Part shown: positions 25,452-38,427 of the stretch, piece by piece
Layout of the letters: each line of letters starts with the position of its first letter
How positions within the stretch are numbered: position 1 is the stretch's first letter
From: Somniosus microcephalus
Taxonomy: Eukaryota
Reading direction: 5' to 3'
NCBI GenBank assembly: GCA_052327205.1
Contig: CM126207.1
Coordinates: 62,868,001-62,932,000, forward strand
DNA length: 64,000 nt
The notes under the pieces: generated by a model
Databases searched by the model: none
What the model was told of the DNA's origin: nothing
The model's input: the letters and a program-made list of their open reading frames with translations, nothing else
Position numbers and translations under genes: made by a program

Positions 25452-25670
25452 ACTGCAATCGGGGCAGAGACGCGCAGCAGCCAGAAAGGCGCTTTATTGC
25501 CACAAGGACCGCGGGAGCGGCGGGGCAACAGCGCAACAGCGCAGAAGAAGCACTGAAAAGCAGTTTTAAAATAAACTGCAATCGGGGCAGAGACGCGCAG
25601 CAGCCAGGAAGGCGCTTTATTGCCTCAAGGACCGCGGGAGCGGCGGGGCAACAAGAGCAGCAGCGCAAGG
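25452..25670 (+). repeat. Direct duplication (about 123-bp period) in the Gypsy 2 leader
   Basis: ACTGCAATCGGGGCAGAGACGCGCAGCAGCCAG... at about 25452 and 25575. Confidence 0.85.
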
Positions 25671-25874
25671 AAGCGTATACACGGGAAAAGAAAGGCAGGA
25701 AGGACAGCTGGGAGGCGTGGACAGCAACAGCGCGGAAATCGCCATCTTGAGTCGGCGGGGCAAGAAGACAAGCGCGGGAAAAGCCGCCAAGCGCGGGAAA
25801 AGCCGCCATCTTTAATTTTTAAAAAAGTCATCATATTAAATAATATCCGAAGGGAAAGAAGAAACTCAGCAAGG

Positions 25875-28800
25875 ATGCCGAAAACAGGTAACATCACTGC
25901 CTTCGACAATGATGTGGAAGATTGGGCCACTTATGTGGAACGCATCGAAGTTTACTGTAGTACGAATGATGTACCGGATGATAAGAAAGCACTAACCCTA
26001 TTAAACTCGATGGGTGCGAAGACGTACGGGTTATTAAGGAACCTGGTAACCCCAGACAAACCGGTAGAAAAGAGTTTCGCGGATATTGTTACTATCCTGC
26101 AAGAGCATTTAAACCCGACACCGCTGTTGGTAGCGGAACGGTTTAAATTCTACAGAAGAATTCAACATAAAGAAGAAAGCAACGCTGAATTCCTAACAGA
26201 ACTGTGCAAGTTAGCAAAGTACTGCCAGTTCGGAACAGGACTAGCAGACGCACTGAGAGATAAGTTTGTGTGTGGGATCCTAAGGGAAGGAACCCAGAAG
26301 CGACTGCTAGAGGAAAAGGATCTTACGCTGGACAAAGCTTTCAGCATTGCAGCATCCCACAAGGCAGCAGCACGGGGCGCTGCAGAGATACAGCAAAGGC
26401 CACTGGAATTCAGCACCAATGAAATGGCATTGGGCGCAGTAAAGTGCTATCGTTGCGGAAGGACAACGCATGACCAGAACCAGTGCTGGTTCAAAGGTAA
26501 AGAATGCAGGCAATGTGGCAAACTTGGTCACATAGCGAGAGTATGCCGGTCAGGAAAGAAGACCAGCAGCAAAAAGTCACCACAGGAGAAGTACAAAAAA
26601 GTACACAAGGTGACAGAGAACAGTTCGGATGAACAGAAGACGGATTCAGACTCCAGCAGCAAGGAACTGGGTTGTCTGAAAATACATAATGTGGGTAACA
26701 CAGCAGACCACCAAACTATCTGGGTCATGCTCCAGATAGCAGGAGTCCAAGTGAAGATGGAGCTGGACACAGGGTCGGCATTAACGGTCATAAATAAGCA
26801 AGACTACAAAAGGTTATTCTCGCATTTTCCCCTGAGGGATATGAAGATTGTATTGAAAACATACACAGGGCAAAAAGTATACCCCAAAGGAAAAATAAAA
26901 GTAAATGTGGTCTACAATGGTAAAGAAAGTCAGGAAATGGACTTGTACGTGTTACCTGATGGAGGTCCGCCACTACTAGGACGGGAATGGATCAGGCGAA
27001 TAAAATTGGACTGGCATTCCATAAAAGCACTGACTGTGGATGCCTGTAAGGAGGACGACGTCAAACCTAAACGACTGTCCAAAATCTTAGACGATGCTAG
27101 GGAGGTGTTCCAACAGGGACTGGGAACACTGAAAGGAATGACTGCAACCATCAAGGTTGAAGAACAAGCAAACCCAAAATTTTTCAAAGCCAGACCGGTG
27201 CCCTATGCGATACGACCTGCTGTGGAAGCAGAGCCGGAAGGGCTAGAATGTTCAGGGGTACTGTCGAAGGTGGACTGGAGCAAATGGGCTATACCCATTG
27301 TTCCTGTCATGAAGCGTTCGTTGAGCAACAAGCCTGGGGAACCTGGGAAGGTTCGCATCTGTGGCGATTTCAAGATCACTGTTAATCCAGTTCTTCACAC
27401 GGTGCAATATCCGCTTCCGCGGATCGAAGATATCTTCGCTTCGCTGTCTGGCGGAAAGCACTTCACCAAGATAGACCTGGCACAGGCGTACCTACAGATG
27501 GAAGTTGATGAAGCGTCACGACAGTATCTCACGATCAACACACATAAGGGCTTATATCAGTATAATAGGCTGGTTTTTGGAGTGGCATCAGCTCCAGCGA
27601 TTTGGCAAAGGGCCATGGAGCAGGTATTGCAGGGAATCCCAGGCACACAATGCTACCTGGATGACATCCTGATTACAGGAGATAACGATAATGATCACCT
27701 CGCGAATTTGGAGCAGGTGCTCATCAGATTGAAAGAATATGGGCTAAGAGCTAATCGCCAGAAATGCGAGTTCTTTCAAAAGCGAATCTCGTACTGCGGC
27801 CACGTCATTGACCAGGAGGGGCTCCATAAGTCCCCTGACAAGATCGAAGCTGTAGTCAAGGCTCCAGCACCGAAAAATGTATCCCAGTTGAGGTCGTTCC
27901 TCGGGTTGGTTAACTATTACCACAAGTTTCTTCCAAATTTATCCACGGTGTTACACCCACTAAACACTCTTTTGCAAACGGGAATACCATGGAAGTGGAG
28001 CGATGATTGTAAGCGGGCTTTTCAAAAGAGCAAGGCATTGATCACCTCTAAGGAAGTGTTGGCTCACTTTAACCCAACGCTACCTATTCGCTTAGCTTGT
28101 GATGCATCTCCATATGGTATCGGGGCAGTGCTCTCACATAAGTTTCCAGATGGCTTGGAAAGGCCAGTCGCTTTTGCATCCAGATCATTGACCTCCGCTG
28201 AGCGCAATTATGCTCAGATAGATAGGGAGGCTCTCAGCCTCGTGTGGGGAGTTAAGAAATTTAACCATTACCTGCACGGCCAAAAGTTTACGCTGCTGAC
28301 AGATCACCAGCCGTTGGTTTCCATTTTTAACCCTAAGAAGGGTGTTCCGGTAATGACGGCGCAGAGGCTTCAGAGATGGTCCCTTTTCCTAGGGGCACAT
28401 CAGTATGATATTGAGTTCAAAGGTACAAAGCAGCATGGTAATGCTGATGGGCTGTCGCGCCTGCCACTACCTACAGCGGAAGAGGCACCGGCAGTTGACC
28501 CTGTCGAGATATTTCACTCGACCATCATCGAATGCTTACCAGTCACCAATGCGGGTATTGAGAGAGAGAGACCCGAAATGACCCGACACTGTCTCGGGTC
28601 TACGATTTGACAGTGAAGGGATGGCCAGCACATGGCGAATCACCGTTATCAGCATTCTCAGCCAGACGAGAACAGCTGTCCGTATGTCAAGGAACATTGA
28701 TGTATGGAACAAGGGTGATTATTCCTCCTAAATTAAGGGAGAGAGTTCTAAAAGAATTGCACAAAGGTCATCTGGGGGGAGTCAAGATGAAAAGCCTTGC

Positions 28801-29830
28801 TAGGGCTTATGTGTGGTGGCCAGGTATAGACAAACAAATAGAGGATCTGACTAAAAGCTGCTCAGGGTGCCAAAAAGTTCAGAACGCACCTCCAATTGCA
28901 CCGCTGCATCCGTGGGAATGGCCTTCAGCCCCATGGCAACGTGTGCATATCGACTTTGCAGGTCCATTCATGGATTCCATGTTTTTGATAGCAGTAGACG
29001 CACATTCTAAATGGCCAGAAGTGATTAAGATGTCGACCACTACCTCTGAGAAGACGATCGCAGTTCTAAGAACCATATTTGCAAGGAATGGATTGCCGGA
29101 GCAAATATGTTCAGACAACGGACCACAGTTCGTGTCAGAAGAATTCCAGAAATTCATGAAAAAGAATGGGGTGAAACACTATACATCTGCCCCATATCAT
29201 CCAGCTACAAATGGGTTGGCCGAGAGATTTGTACAAACGTTCAAAAAGGCAATAAAGGCCATGAGTGAAGATCATATTCCACTACAACACAAGGTGGACA
29301 ATTTCCTAATGGCGTATCGAAACGCCACGCATGCAGTGACAAATCAAAGCCCTGCCATAATGTTCTATAACAGAAGGTTGCGGTCCCGGTTGGATTTGTT
29401 AAAACCCAATGTGCGACGGGAAGTCGAAAACAAGCAATTCCAGCATGTAAATAAAAAGGCCACTCGTAGTTTTGAAATAGGACAACCAGTGATGGCCAGG
29501 GACTATAGGGATGATAAATGGCAACCTGGAACAATCTGTGCATGACAGGGACCTTTGATGTACACGGTAGACGTTGGAGAGAACATAATACGACGTCATG
29601 CTGACCAACTTGTGGAATCGAGAACAAGGGTCGACCCCATGTCTACGGCAGAGACACCAGTTGAAGAACCTATTGAGCCTGTAGCATCTACCTCAGACTC
29701 GAACGTATTGGATGATGTTGAATCCATAGGAGATCAATTGGATGAGTCACCCCAGCAACGGGAACCAGAGATCCCTGAAAAGCGTTATCCGGGCCGGATC
29801 AGGAGGCCTCCTCAGAGACTGAATCTTTGA
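25875..29830 (+). pseudogene. Gypsy 2 single-ORF gag-pol, near intact
   Basis: ATG 25875 (MPKTG); CCHC x2, LDTGS, YLDD, CDAS and integrase motifs. One frameshift in a (GA)n run at about 28560-28571 and one TGA at 29543. Confidence 0.93.
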
Positions 29831-30153
29831 ACAGTTCTTGTGTGTAAATTGTATATATGTATATTATTCATGTAGTGTATTAATTGGGGTGTCCACTGTT
29901 AAACTAAAAGGGGAGGAATTGTAGTGTATGTAACCTGTACTACCTTAAGAGGATACCTTAAAGTGATGGACTACTTTTTAATGGCTCCTGTACATTGTAG
30001 TACCGGTGGTGACCACACCAGTATATAAACCCTGCGGAGCAAGTGTACCTCAGTTCCCACCTTGACCCTCAATCACTAAAGACCTGTTTACTTACTTCTG
30101 TTGTCTGTGTCCTGTTATTCATCATAACTGCACTTGTAAACACAGACTCAACA

Positions 30154-32193
30154 CTTACCATGCAGTTTGAAACTAAAATCATCGCTGTGCAAATCCCTAG
30201 TGCCTGTCTTCTGTGCTTATTTGACTATTCTGGTGCTCCAATGAGGTGCTTCCTCAGCGGCAACAAGATGGGAGATGGATGGCTGCAGAACCGCCACTGA
30301 GGGCACTTGAATGACCGTATTGGGTGACCTCTCGCTGGCTGACTGGCACTGGTTTAGAGGCTGATGTGGGAGCAGGCATGCTGTCATCCTAAGAGAGTAC
30401 AGCATCTGCCTCTTCCTTAGTGCCATGGGGCTGCACTTCAGCACTCTCACTGCTCTGCGCACAAACAGACTCCAGGAGTGAGTTAATGTTTTGGAAGCCC
30501 CGTTTCTGCTTTAAAAGCCAGAGAAGTTGCTGGATCTAAGAGCCAAGATAGCAACAGTCGGAGCTTCCATCAAAGCTGTCAGAGCTGTCACCAGAGGCTC
30601 TGAAACTGTGGATCCTGCTGCAGTGTTCATAGAGCTGAGCAAATGCCCCATGGTTGACTGCATTATCTCTATGCCCCTCGGGAACACCCCACATAAGTTG
30701 GAGTTGGACTCAGGCCTTGCTGTCCAACATTCTGCACAAGCTCGCTGTCAGGCAGTCCAGCGCACTTATTATGCATAGCCATCACTCTTCTTCTATATGC
30801 TGGTGCCTTGAAGTCAGCATCTGTGCCTTCTGCGGAAGGACAGGATGCGGGCTCGTCCTCCAGCGAGTTGGTTCCTGGGCCATCCTATCACCCTGCGTTT
30901 GCTACTGCACACCTGTGCTCGGTGAATCTCCCACTGCAGACTGCTGTATCTGGCCCTCTACACTATGTGGGATGCCAGTTTCTGAGCTGTTGCCTGAAAG
31001 AGTAAGGCTGAATGATGGTGTGTTCGGGAAGGCTCTCTTCCTCTTCCGCTGCTCCAACAGGTCCCTCTATCTCTGCTGGAACCGAAAAGAGAAGCGAGGA
31101 ACAAGGGTTAGCAGTTAGTGCCAATGGTAAGCAGAGATAGATGAGTGTCAGCAGCACCACTTTGATATTCAGAGTCTTTATAGGGAGAGATTTCAGTGAG
31201 AAGAGAAAAGGGGTGAGATGACTATACACCCTGCGGAGCAGATCCTCCAGCCTCACCAATCGCAATGCTCCTGACGTGTTCTCTGCCCACACTATCCATG
31301 GTGGCCTATTCTAATGGGGAGATGATGTGGATAAATGGTCTTCCTCTCCTGTCCATGCCTGCTTCCAGCTGTTGTGTGCCAACTTCTGCTGCAAGAGCAC
31401 ATGTTAGTATATGGGCTGATGAAAGTTGTGACGATCTGCCATTCAAGGTAGAATAACGTTGCTGATGTATGAAAGATGGCACAGGTGTGAGAGGAAGCAA
31501 GGGGCCAGGGGAATAATTGTGAGAACAATAGCAGGTGCAGATTGTGTCAGCAGCAGCAGAAGGAAGTTATGAAGTGTGCTGCTGTAATTGGGGAGAGTGA
31601 TGGGAGGTGGGGAAGGGAAGGCTTATGAGTGCTGGGGCTACAGGTGGCACAGGACGAAGTAAAAATAAGAGAGATTGGAGTAGCAGTCTTATTTTAGCAG
31701 CTCTGGTGAGAGCATTGATTTTTTTTCCTGGCATTACTGCTAGATCCAGGGCACATTGCTCATTGCATTGACCTGCTCCACCACCTCTGCCCACTCGTGT
31801 CTCGCAACTTGTCTGGAGAAGCTTCTGCCATTAGGAGGAAATAGCAGATCCCTCCTCCTGTTAACCTCCTTCACGACGACCTCCAACACAATGTCGGAAA
31901 ATTGGGAGCCCTTGCCTCAGCACCTCTGCCTGCTATTTCCAATGTTCAATTGAAATCGGTTGATAGCATCTACAGTGCACCTCCCTGTTATGAGGTGCAT
32001 ACTGCCATTTAAATTATGTCACTGATGTACAATTTCTCGCCCATCCAATCTGTGAGTAACGCTAGCTGCTTGCTAATCATATTTAAATGAAGGACATAGT
32101 CCAATTTTGCACTGGCCTCTCACGTCATCGGGTGGTGTTCTAAATGAGACGCTATTTCCTATCAGTTTTCGGCGCTACTCGAATTTCTTGGCT
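30154..32193 (-). mobile_element. Right arm of a decayed Harbinger: Myb/SANT-like gene remnants and TIR-like end
   Basis: Minus-strand remnants resembling 35672-37566; end GAATTTCTTGGC at about 32181-32192. Confidence 0.6.
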
Positions 32194-32846
32194 ATAATAT
32201 TCTACTTCTTCCTAAGATCTTCAAACAACAACATCTATTCAAACAATCAGTCAAGAAAAGCTATTTCTGAACAAACCATCTGTAGAATGTACAATTTTGA
32301 CTGGCCATCTGTTTGACTTCAGTCATTTCACTGGATTGAATTCAACACAATTTGTTTTTTGGATACACTTTGCTGGATTTTGAAACTGCTCACTGACTTC
32401 CCTCTTTTTTTTTTTTTAAACAGCAACTTACCAATATTTTGGTAAATCACCAGTCTGATAAAATCTGACAAAATTCTGTTGCTGTACTAGAAGAACTGCC
32501 TGCAGCAGTAATAAAGTCTTCCAGAAAGAAAAGGTTCTTAAGCGATTTGAGACACTGAAATGTGCCTCCAAAGATTTGCCCTTTTAACTTTTATTTAATG
32601 GTCATCTGTCTATGAAGGAAATAGGGTGAAGAGAAAATACTACACAAGAATGGAACTTACACTATTTTGGAATTCAATATTGTTACTTATGAATTCTAAA
32701 GGGGATTTCTAATGATAATATACACCTGAACTTTCCATGAATATGATACTTAAAATACTGCTGATAAAATCACCATGTCATCAATGCTGATTCTCAGAGA
32801 TTCTGCACCAAAGGCAGCATTGTGAATTTTACAATAAAGACTTCAC

Positions 32847-32914
32847 CTTTTTGCTGTGTATAATGGCTCAGCTACTGTTGCCATGGCAACAGTCTGGTTC
32901 TCTCCTACATCTGT
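32847..32914 (-). CDS. Possible next host exon (68 nt): TDVGENQTVAMATVAEPLYTAK
   Basis: Open in phase 0 between ctag| and AG|gtgaag, but the polypyrimidine tract is poor. Overlaps an X-box palindrome. Confidence 0.2.
32874..32893. promoter_or_regulatory. Perfect RFX X-box within a 20-bp palindrome
   Basis: ACT-GTTGCCATGGCAAC-AGT; the core matches the canonical RFX consensus. Confidence 0.5.
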
Positions 32915-33518
32915 CTAGTTCAGTCAACCATGTACATTAGCTTGCAATCAAATGCTATTCTCCAAGAATCCTGCAGTCAGTATCCAATTATATTTGCATA
33001 TTCATTTCCTTAAGGCACCAATAAGTTACAAAAATTGGTTCACATCAACTTAGTAGATGCAAAGTTGGTCCGAATTGTTAGTAACAAATGTACAAAGAAA
33101 CTAATGCTTGCTGAAGGCAATATAAGTAAAACTATGCCCTGACAGTAGATACACAAGCACACTGCTAACTTGGCACACTCAGGAAATTAAAGGGTCCCAC
33201 ACTGAAGCTAAATAAAAATCTAAATCTTAACTGAACAAAATTTGATTAAAAACATATTAAGTTGAATCTGAACAGTAATAGCCAAAGTTGATATTTAATC
33301 TATAAATATGCTTTCAGAAAATAATGCAAATAAAATAAAAAGGGTAACCTAATCAAAATAGAAAATATGCAAACTTCTCTTATTTGACAATTTCTAGCAG
33401 CAATTTAGTTTGCTACAAATACAAACAGTAGTGGGACTGCATTATACTTGTATGTATTTTATTACCCGTGTTCTTTCTAGTACTATGCATCGAATTGAGT
33501 CCGAGTATACTGGCTTAC

Positions 33519-33587
33519 CTTCACAGCTTCAACCTGAGCCAAACGACATCGTTGCAGCAAATCAACAAAAAGATAAATCAGCAGCAC
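33519..33587 (-). CDS. Host gene internal exon C (69 nt, phase 0-0): VLLIYLFVDLLQRCRLAQVEAVK
   Basis: Acceptor cttgttttttttccatttcaag and donor AAG|gtaagc. Only frame 0 is open, and it continues the TM helix from exon B. Confidence 0.88.
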
Positions 33588-34318
33588 CTTGAAATGGAAA
33601 AAAAACAAGACTAAGGTCAAGCCAGTGTGATTTGGTCACTCAAATATTTTCTGCCAGGATTCAGCTAGGAAAGAATCCATAATATTAAAGCTCCTACTCA
33701 ATTGAATTTTTCACCCTTACAATCAAAACATTAGAATTATGGGTATATCAAAGAAACACTAAAATGCATTATACTTGACCTACATAAGCGGTCTAACCCA
33801 CCTAATTCCAAAAATAAAGAGTCATGGGGGAGAAATTCAGTTGGTTAAGAGGACGATAAGTGGGGCACAAGGTGGCTAGCGCCCGGGCGCGGCGATACCT
33901 GCACCTCTCGTGAAATTGAGCGGACATTTAGCGGCGGCGCTAAACCGCAACGCCCGCTCAGCTGCGCGCGCAGATCCTGACGTCATTTCATGGTGCAACG
34001 CCCTTGGGGCGCCCCGAACCGGAAATTCAGTGGCACCCTCCTCCTTTCCGCCTGTCGCTCCCAGCGACTGGTTGACTGGAACGGTTCCCAGTTGCTGTGG
34101 GGCTGGGGGGGCGCTACTTAAAGGGGGCTCTTCCTGGCTTCTTTGTGGTAGCCATTTCTGGACCACTCCTCCTGTGAGAGAGAGAGAGATTTGCAGAGAG
34201 ACAAAGGGAGAGAGCTTTCTGCATTGAGTCAGCGCTCGCAGAGGTACTTTTGGCTTCTGACCAGAACTATGTAGTTGGTTTGCTTTTTCACTGGCATAAC
34301 CTTGAGTGGCCACATACA

Positions 34319-35458
34319 ATGGGGGCTGCAATGGATGGGAACGTTGGGCTTCTCCATTACATTGGGAGGGCACAGAGACGCCGAGAGAGAGTGCCAATCA
34401 TGGCCAGACGGCGGAGGGCCAACAGGCGTCGGCACACAAGACCTTACCGTCCCAGGGTTTTCCGCCAACAGTTCTCATACCTCAACATGTCTGAGGAGCA
34501 GTGTTTTCGGAGGCTGCGATTCAGCAGGGAGGTGGTCACTGAGCTCTGCCACCTGCTTCAGCCAGATCTTCAGCCTCAACTGAGGAGGAGGACGTCTTTG
34601 TCGGTGGCAGTGAAGGTGACAGTGGCACTCAACTTCTATGCCACCGGCTCCTTTCAATCCACTACTGGGGACATTGCCAATATCTCCCAGTTCGCGGTGC
34701 ATTGCTGCATCTGTCAAGTCACGAATGCCCTCTTTAAAAGGAGACGTCAGTACATTTCCTTCCCCATGACCCCGGACAAGCAGCAAGAGCACACAGTGGG
34801 ATTTGCAAGAATAGCGGGCTTCCCCATGGTCCAGGGCGCCATTGACTGCACGCATGTGGCTTTGTGGGCGCCGCAAGAGAACGTCGAGGATTACTGCAAC
34901 CGGAAGGGGTTCCATTCGTTGAATGTCCAGTTGGTCTGTGACCACATACAGCTGATACTCGCTGTCAATGCCCGCTTTCCAGGCAGCAGCCACGATGCCT
35001 TCATCCTGCGCCAGACTTCTGTGGCAGACCTTTTCGAGGCCCCGGCTCACCCAGGAGGCTGGCTTCTCGGAGACAAGGGCTATCCTCTGTGTACCTGGCT
35101 GATGACCCCGCTCCGTTCGCCCAGCACCCCTGCTGAAGAACGATACAATGAGAGCCATCAAGCGACCAGGATCATCATTGAGCACACAATCAGCGTGCTC
35201 AAGCAACGGTTCCGCTGTCTGAACCATTCCGGATGAGCCCTTCAGTACTCACCTGAGCGAGTCTCCCATTTCGTTGTTGTGTGCTGCATGCTGCATAACC
35301 TGGCAATCCTCAGGACTCAGCCACTGCCACCAGACATTGGAGCACCAGCAGAGGAGGAGGAGGAGGAAGAGGAGGAGGAGGAGCAGCAGCACCAAGATGG
35401 GAGGGAGGCACAAAGTGCAAGGGCCGTCCATCAGCGGCTTATAGCAAGTCGGTTCTAG
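34319..35458 (+). pseudogene. Harbinger DDE transposase (HARBI1-like), one in-frame TGA at 35234
   Basis: GAIDCTH, LGDKGYP, IIEHTI. The frame continues past the stop as ALQYSPERVSHFVVVCCMLHN...ASRF*. Confidence 0.92.
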
Positions 35459-35671
35459 GCCCCCTCTGAGGGAATGGCTTCTGCCATTCAAAGAACATGA
35501 ATGGAACCGTGCCGCAACCCCTAAGCCGGTCAAGGCAACAAATACTTCAAAGAGCAAACAAGCACATTCTGAATAAAGACACTACTTTATTTAACAAACT
35601 GTGTGCCCTTCCCGCATGACAAAGTAATAGAGAGAAACCCCAAAAAAAGCAGTCAGTCACATAACTGGCTC

Positions 35672-37566
35672 TCACAACCTGGAGACAATGAACAAAACAG
35701 TAACCAAAAAATGACCACGATCCTCAGCCTTCAATAAAACATTTAACAGCATTTTGCCACACCTCCTACTTTTTGCCCTTCGAGGGTGATCTGCTTCGCT
35801 TGCGAGATTCGCCCCTTCCCACCCTGCAGTTCCTCCGCAATGGGACCTCAGTGGCTGCAGCAAGGCTGGGGGAAGGCTGCTGAGTGTCAGAAACTGCGAC
35901 TGCAGATGCCCTTGAGGGACGGCCTGGACCAGCTCTGGGCCTGGAGGGCCTGGCTGCTCCAACTCTGCATGGGCGGCACCAGTCTGTCCTACAGGTGGTG
36001 GTAGCTGCAGTAGAGAAGTGACAGTGTTGGCAGCAGGAATGCTGTCATCCTGACAGAGGACAGCAACTCCCTGGTCGGACGACACACTGACACTCCCACG
36101 GGGCAGCACTGCAGCATGTGGAGCAATCTGCTGAAGCACAGACTGCTGGCCTGCTGCGGCGCGGCGAGGGCCCCAGCGATTTGTGCCCGATCCAGCGAGG
36201 GTGGCAGCAGTCAGTGCTCGTGTGGCCTCAATCTGCGTCTGCATGAGACCAGCCACTGACTGCATTGTAGCACTAAGCACTTGCGTGGCAGCCGCCTGTG
36301 CTGCGCCGAAGTCCTGGAGACTCGCCTGTGCTGCGCGGACGTCCTGGACACTCCCTGCCTGTGCTGCGCTGAAGTGCTGGACACTCCTTGCCAGTGACTC
36401 AATGGATTCGGGCATCCTTGCCACTGCAGCCATGAGCTCAGTGTGCCTGTGCTCCGCCTGGGCGCTCATTTCAGCGAGGGGCCGCACCTGTTCTGCGCTC
36501 ATGGTAGCAGGACTTGAGGCCAGACTCTCCCTCCGGGGAGAAGGCCGCCGAGCTTCCCTACGCCCACCGCGTTGCTGCAGCCTGCTGGGCCTCGGAGCTT
36601 CACCCTCCTCAGACCATTCTCCCCTGCTCCCCTCCAGGGAAGGTGTGTCCCCATTATGGCCATGGGCTGCCTCGGCTGAGGGTGGCACTGATGGTCCGGC
36701 TTCCTCCTCCTCGTCGCCTTCAGAGTCACTCACAGTGGCAGCTTCAGTACCCGCCTCCTCACCTGGCGAATCAGCATCTGAAAGCAGGGAGGTACAAGAG
36801 TGGCTTTAGCGTGAGGACAGGGTGGCAGCGAGGGAGGCATGAGTGCTGCAATGTACTGTATTGGTTCAATAGTGGCAAAGGATGCTGGTGTGAGGCACAA
36901 GTGGAAGGAGAGAGATCATAAAGGTGATGACCTTACCATTGCTGTCCAGAACGGGGTCGGCATCTCCAGTGGTGACGGGCCAATCATTCGACATACCATA
37001 ATCCGCTGGACTCGCTGCTCCAGATCGGTGAGGGCTTGAAGGTGAGGCCGGCCTCCCCCGGTCCGTTGCTGCTGCCTCCTGTTATGGGCCAGCTTGCCCT
37101 GCAAGAGAAAGGACCGGCTCTGAGTACAGTGTGAAGCCCTGATCTTGGCTGCACTGCCTCCCATGGTCAATTAGTCCTTACAGTGTGTAAAGTGCTGAAT
37201 GTGCGTGTGAGTTTCATGAAAGGCCCATAGGTGTTGGATGAGGGCTGGGCATTGGGGTTTTCAGGACCCTTTGGCCATAAAGTGAGGTCGAGATGCAGGG
37301 ATGAAGAGGATTCTGAAAAGGGTACTCACCCTGACGACCCGAGTGAGGTCGTTGAACTTCTTCCTGCATTGCACAGGGGTCCTAGGCACCATGCTGCTGG
37401 AGGTCACTCGGTGAGCCACCTCTCTCCAAACTTTGCGATAGTCGTTGGGCAGCGGCCTCCTGCCACTGTCCGGGTACGGGAGAGATTGCCTGCACTCCAC
37501 CGCGCCAACTGGAACCTCCAAGGCCCCCTCGCTGAACCGCGGCGCTCGCTCCCTGGCCCTCTCCAT
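35672..37566 (-). pseudogene. Harbinger Myb/SANT-like DNA-binding gene, 3 exons (37566-37330, 37098-36937, 36777 to about 35672)
   Basis: RAPRFS...VWREVA...QCRKKFNDL and RTGGG motifs; GT-AG sites. Phase mismatch implies a 1-nt loss in exon 2. Confidence 0.85.
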
Positions 37567-38427
37567 GGTCCTAGGCGTAAGAATGTGGCAGCAGGTCTGT
37601 CCAGGCCGAGAATCAGGGCTCTGATGCGCAGGGTGTGGCTGCAATCCAAGATCAAACCTCCCCTTTAAGAGCTGACCAGCGCCAGCGTGTCTGCGTTCAA
37701 TCGCTAACTGGCCGCACCTGCGCTGCACCCGCCCTCGGTGGTAGCGCCTCGCTTCTCAGGCTTAGCGCCTTAAGACAGTCGTGCAGCGCCTGTTTTAGCG
37801 CTCCAAGCACCTCCTGGGGCGAAGCAGGTCAATTTACCAGTAGGTGGCAATAATTTGCACCGGGCGCAAAATTTAGCGCCCGGTCGATACTTACGCCCCA
37901 AACGGGGCGATACTGAATTTCTCCCCCCATGTATAGTACTGCTTTAAAAAAAAAAGCCTTACAAGAAAAGCAACAAATTACTTGTAAAGAATTGTCCATT
38001 ATTTGAATTTTGAGCTCTTAGAACTGTTGCAATGAACTGAAGTCACAAGTAATTTTGATTGGTAAACATTTTTGTTGCATAGATACTTTCAGTTTTGTTT
38101 AATTAATTACAATTCATTCCACTGGAATAGTTATAGACAAGAAATTAACAAAAATAATTTTTCGCACCATACCTACAACTCTAAACAAAGCAAACTACGT
38201 AGGTATAAGGGGCGAGTTGGCTAAGGTAGATTGGGAAACTACATTAAAATGTATGACAGCAATGGCTAGCATTTAAAGAATTGATACATAATTTACAACA
38301 AATATACATTCCTTTAAGGCACAAAAACCCCACAGGAAAAGTGGTCCCACTGTGGCTAATAAGAGACGTTAAAGATAGTATTAGATCAAAGGAAGAGGCT
38401 TATAATGTTGCCAAAAAGAGTAGTAAC

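Larger units (their letters stand above)
24925..30153 (+). mobile_element. Gypsy LTR retrotransposon 2 (Mag-clade-like)
   Basis: 234-bp LTRs at 24925-25158 and 29920-30153 (3 differences seen), PBS TGGCGACGAG at 25160, PPT about 29906-29918. Flanks CTAAT/CTTAC match only 3 of 5. Confidence 0.96.
33826..37927 (+). mobile_element. Full-length PIF/Harbinger DNA transposon (4102 bp)
   Basis: Perfect 16-bp TIR GGGGGAGAAATTCAGT, CAT TSD (33823-25 / 37928-30), convergent transposase and Myb-like genes. Confidence 0.96.

Noticed and set aside
25620-25874. N-terminal extension of the 996-aa Gypsy ORF
   Set aside because: Non-ATG start within the duplicated leader; Gag similarity begins at ATG 25875.
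32432-32610. Exon-like minus segment (catag acceptor, G|gtaagt donor)
   Set aside because: Stops in all three frames from the strong acceptor; at most non-coding or cryptic.
34319-35458. Domesticated host HARBI1 gene
   Set aside because: Lies within TIRs and a TSD, has a nonsense codon, and a sister fragment exists at 61994-62498.
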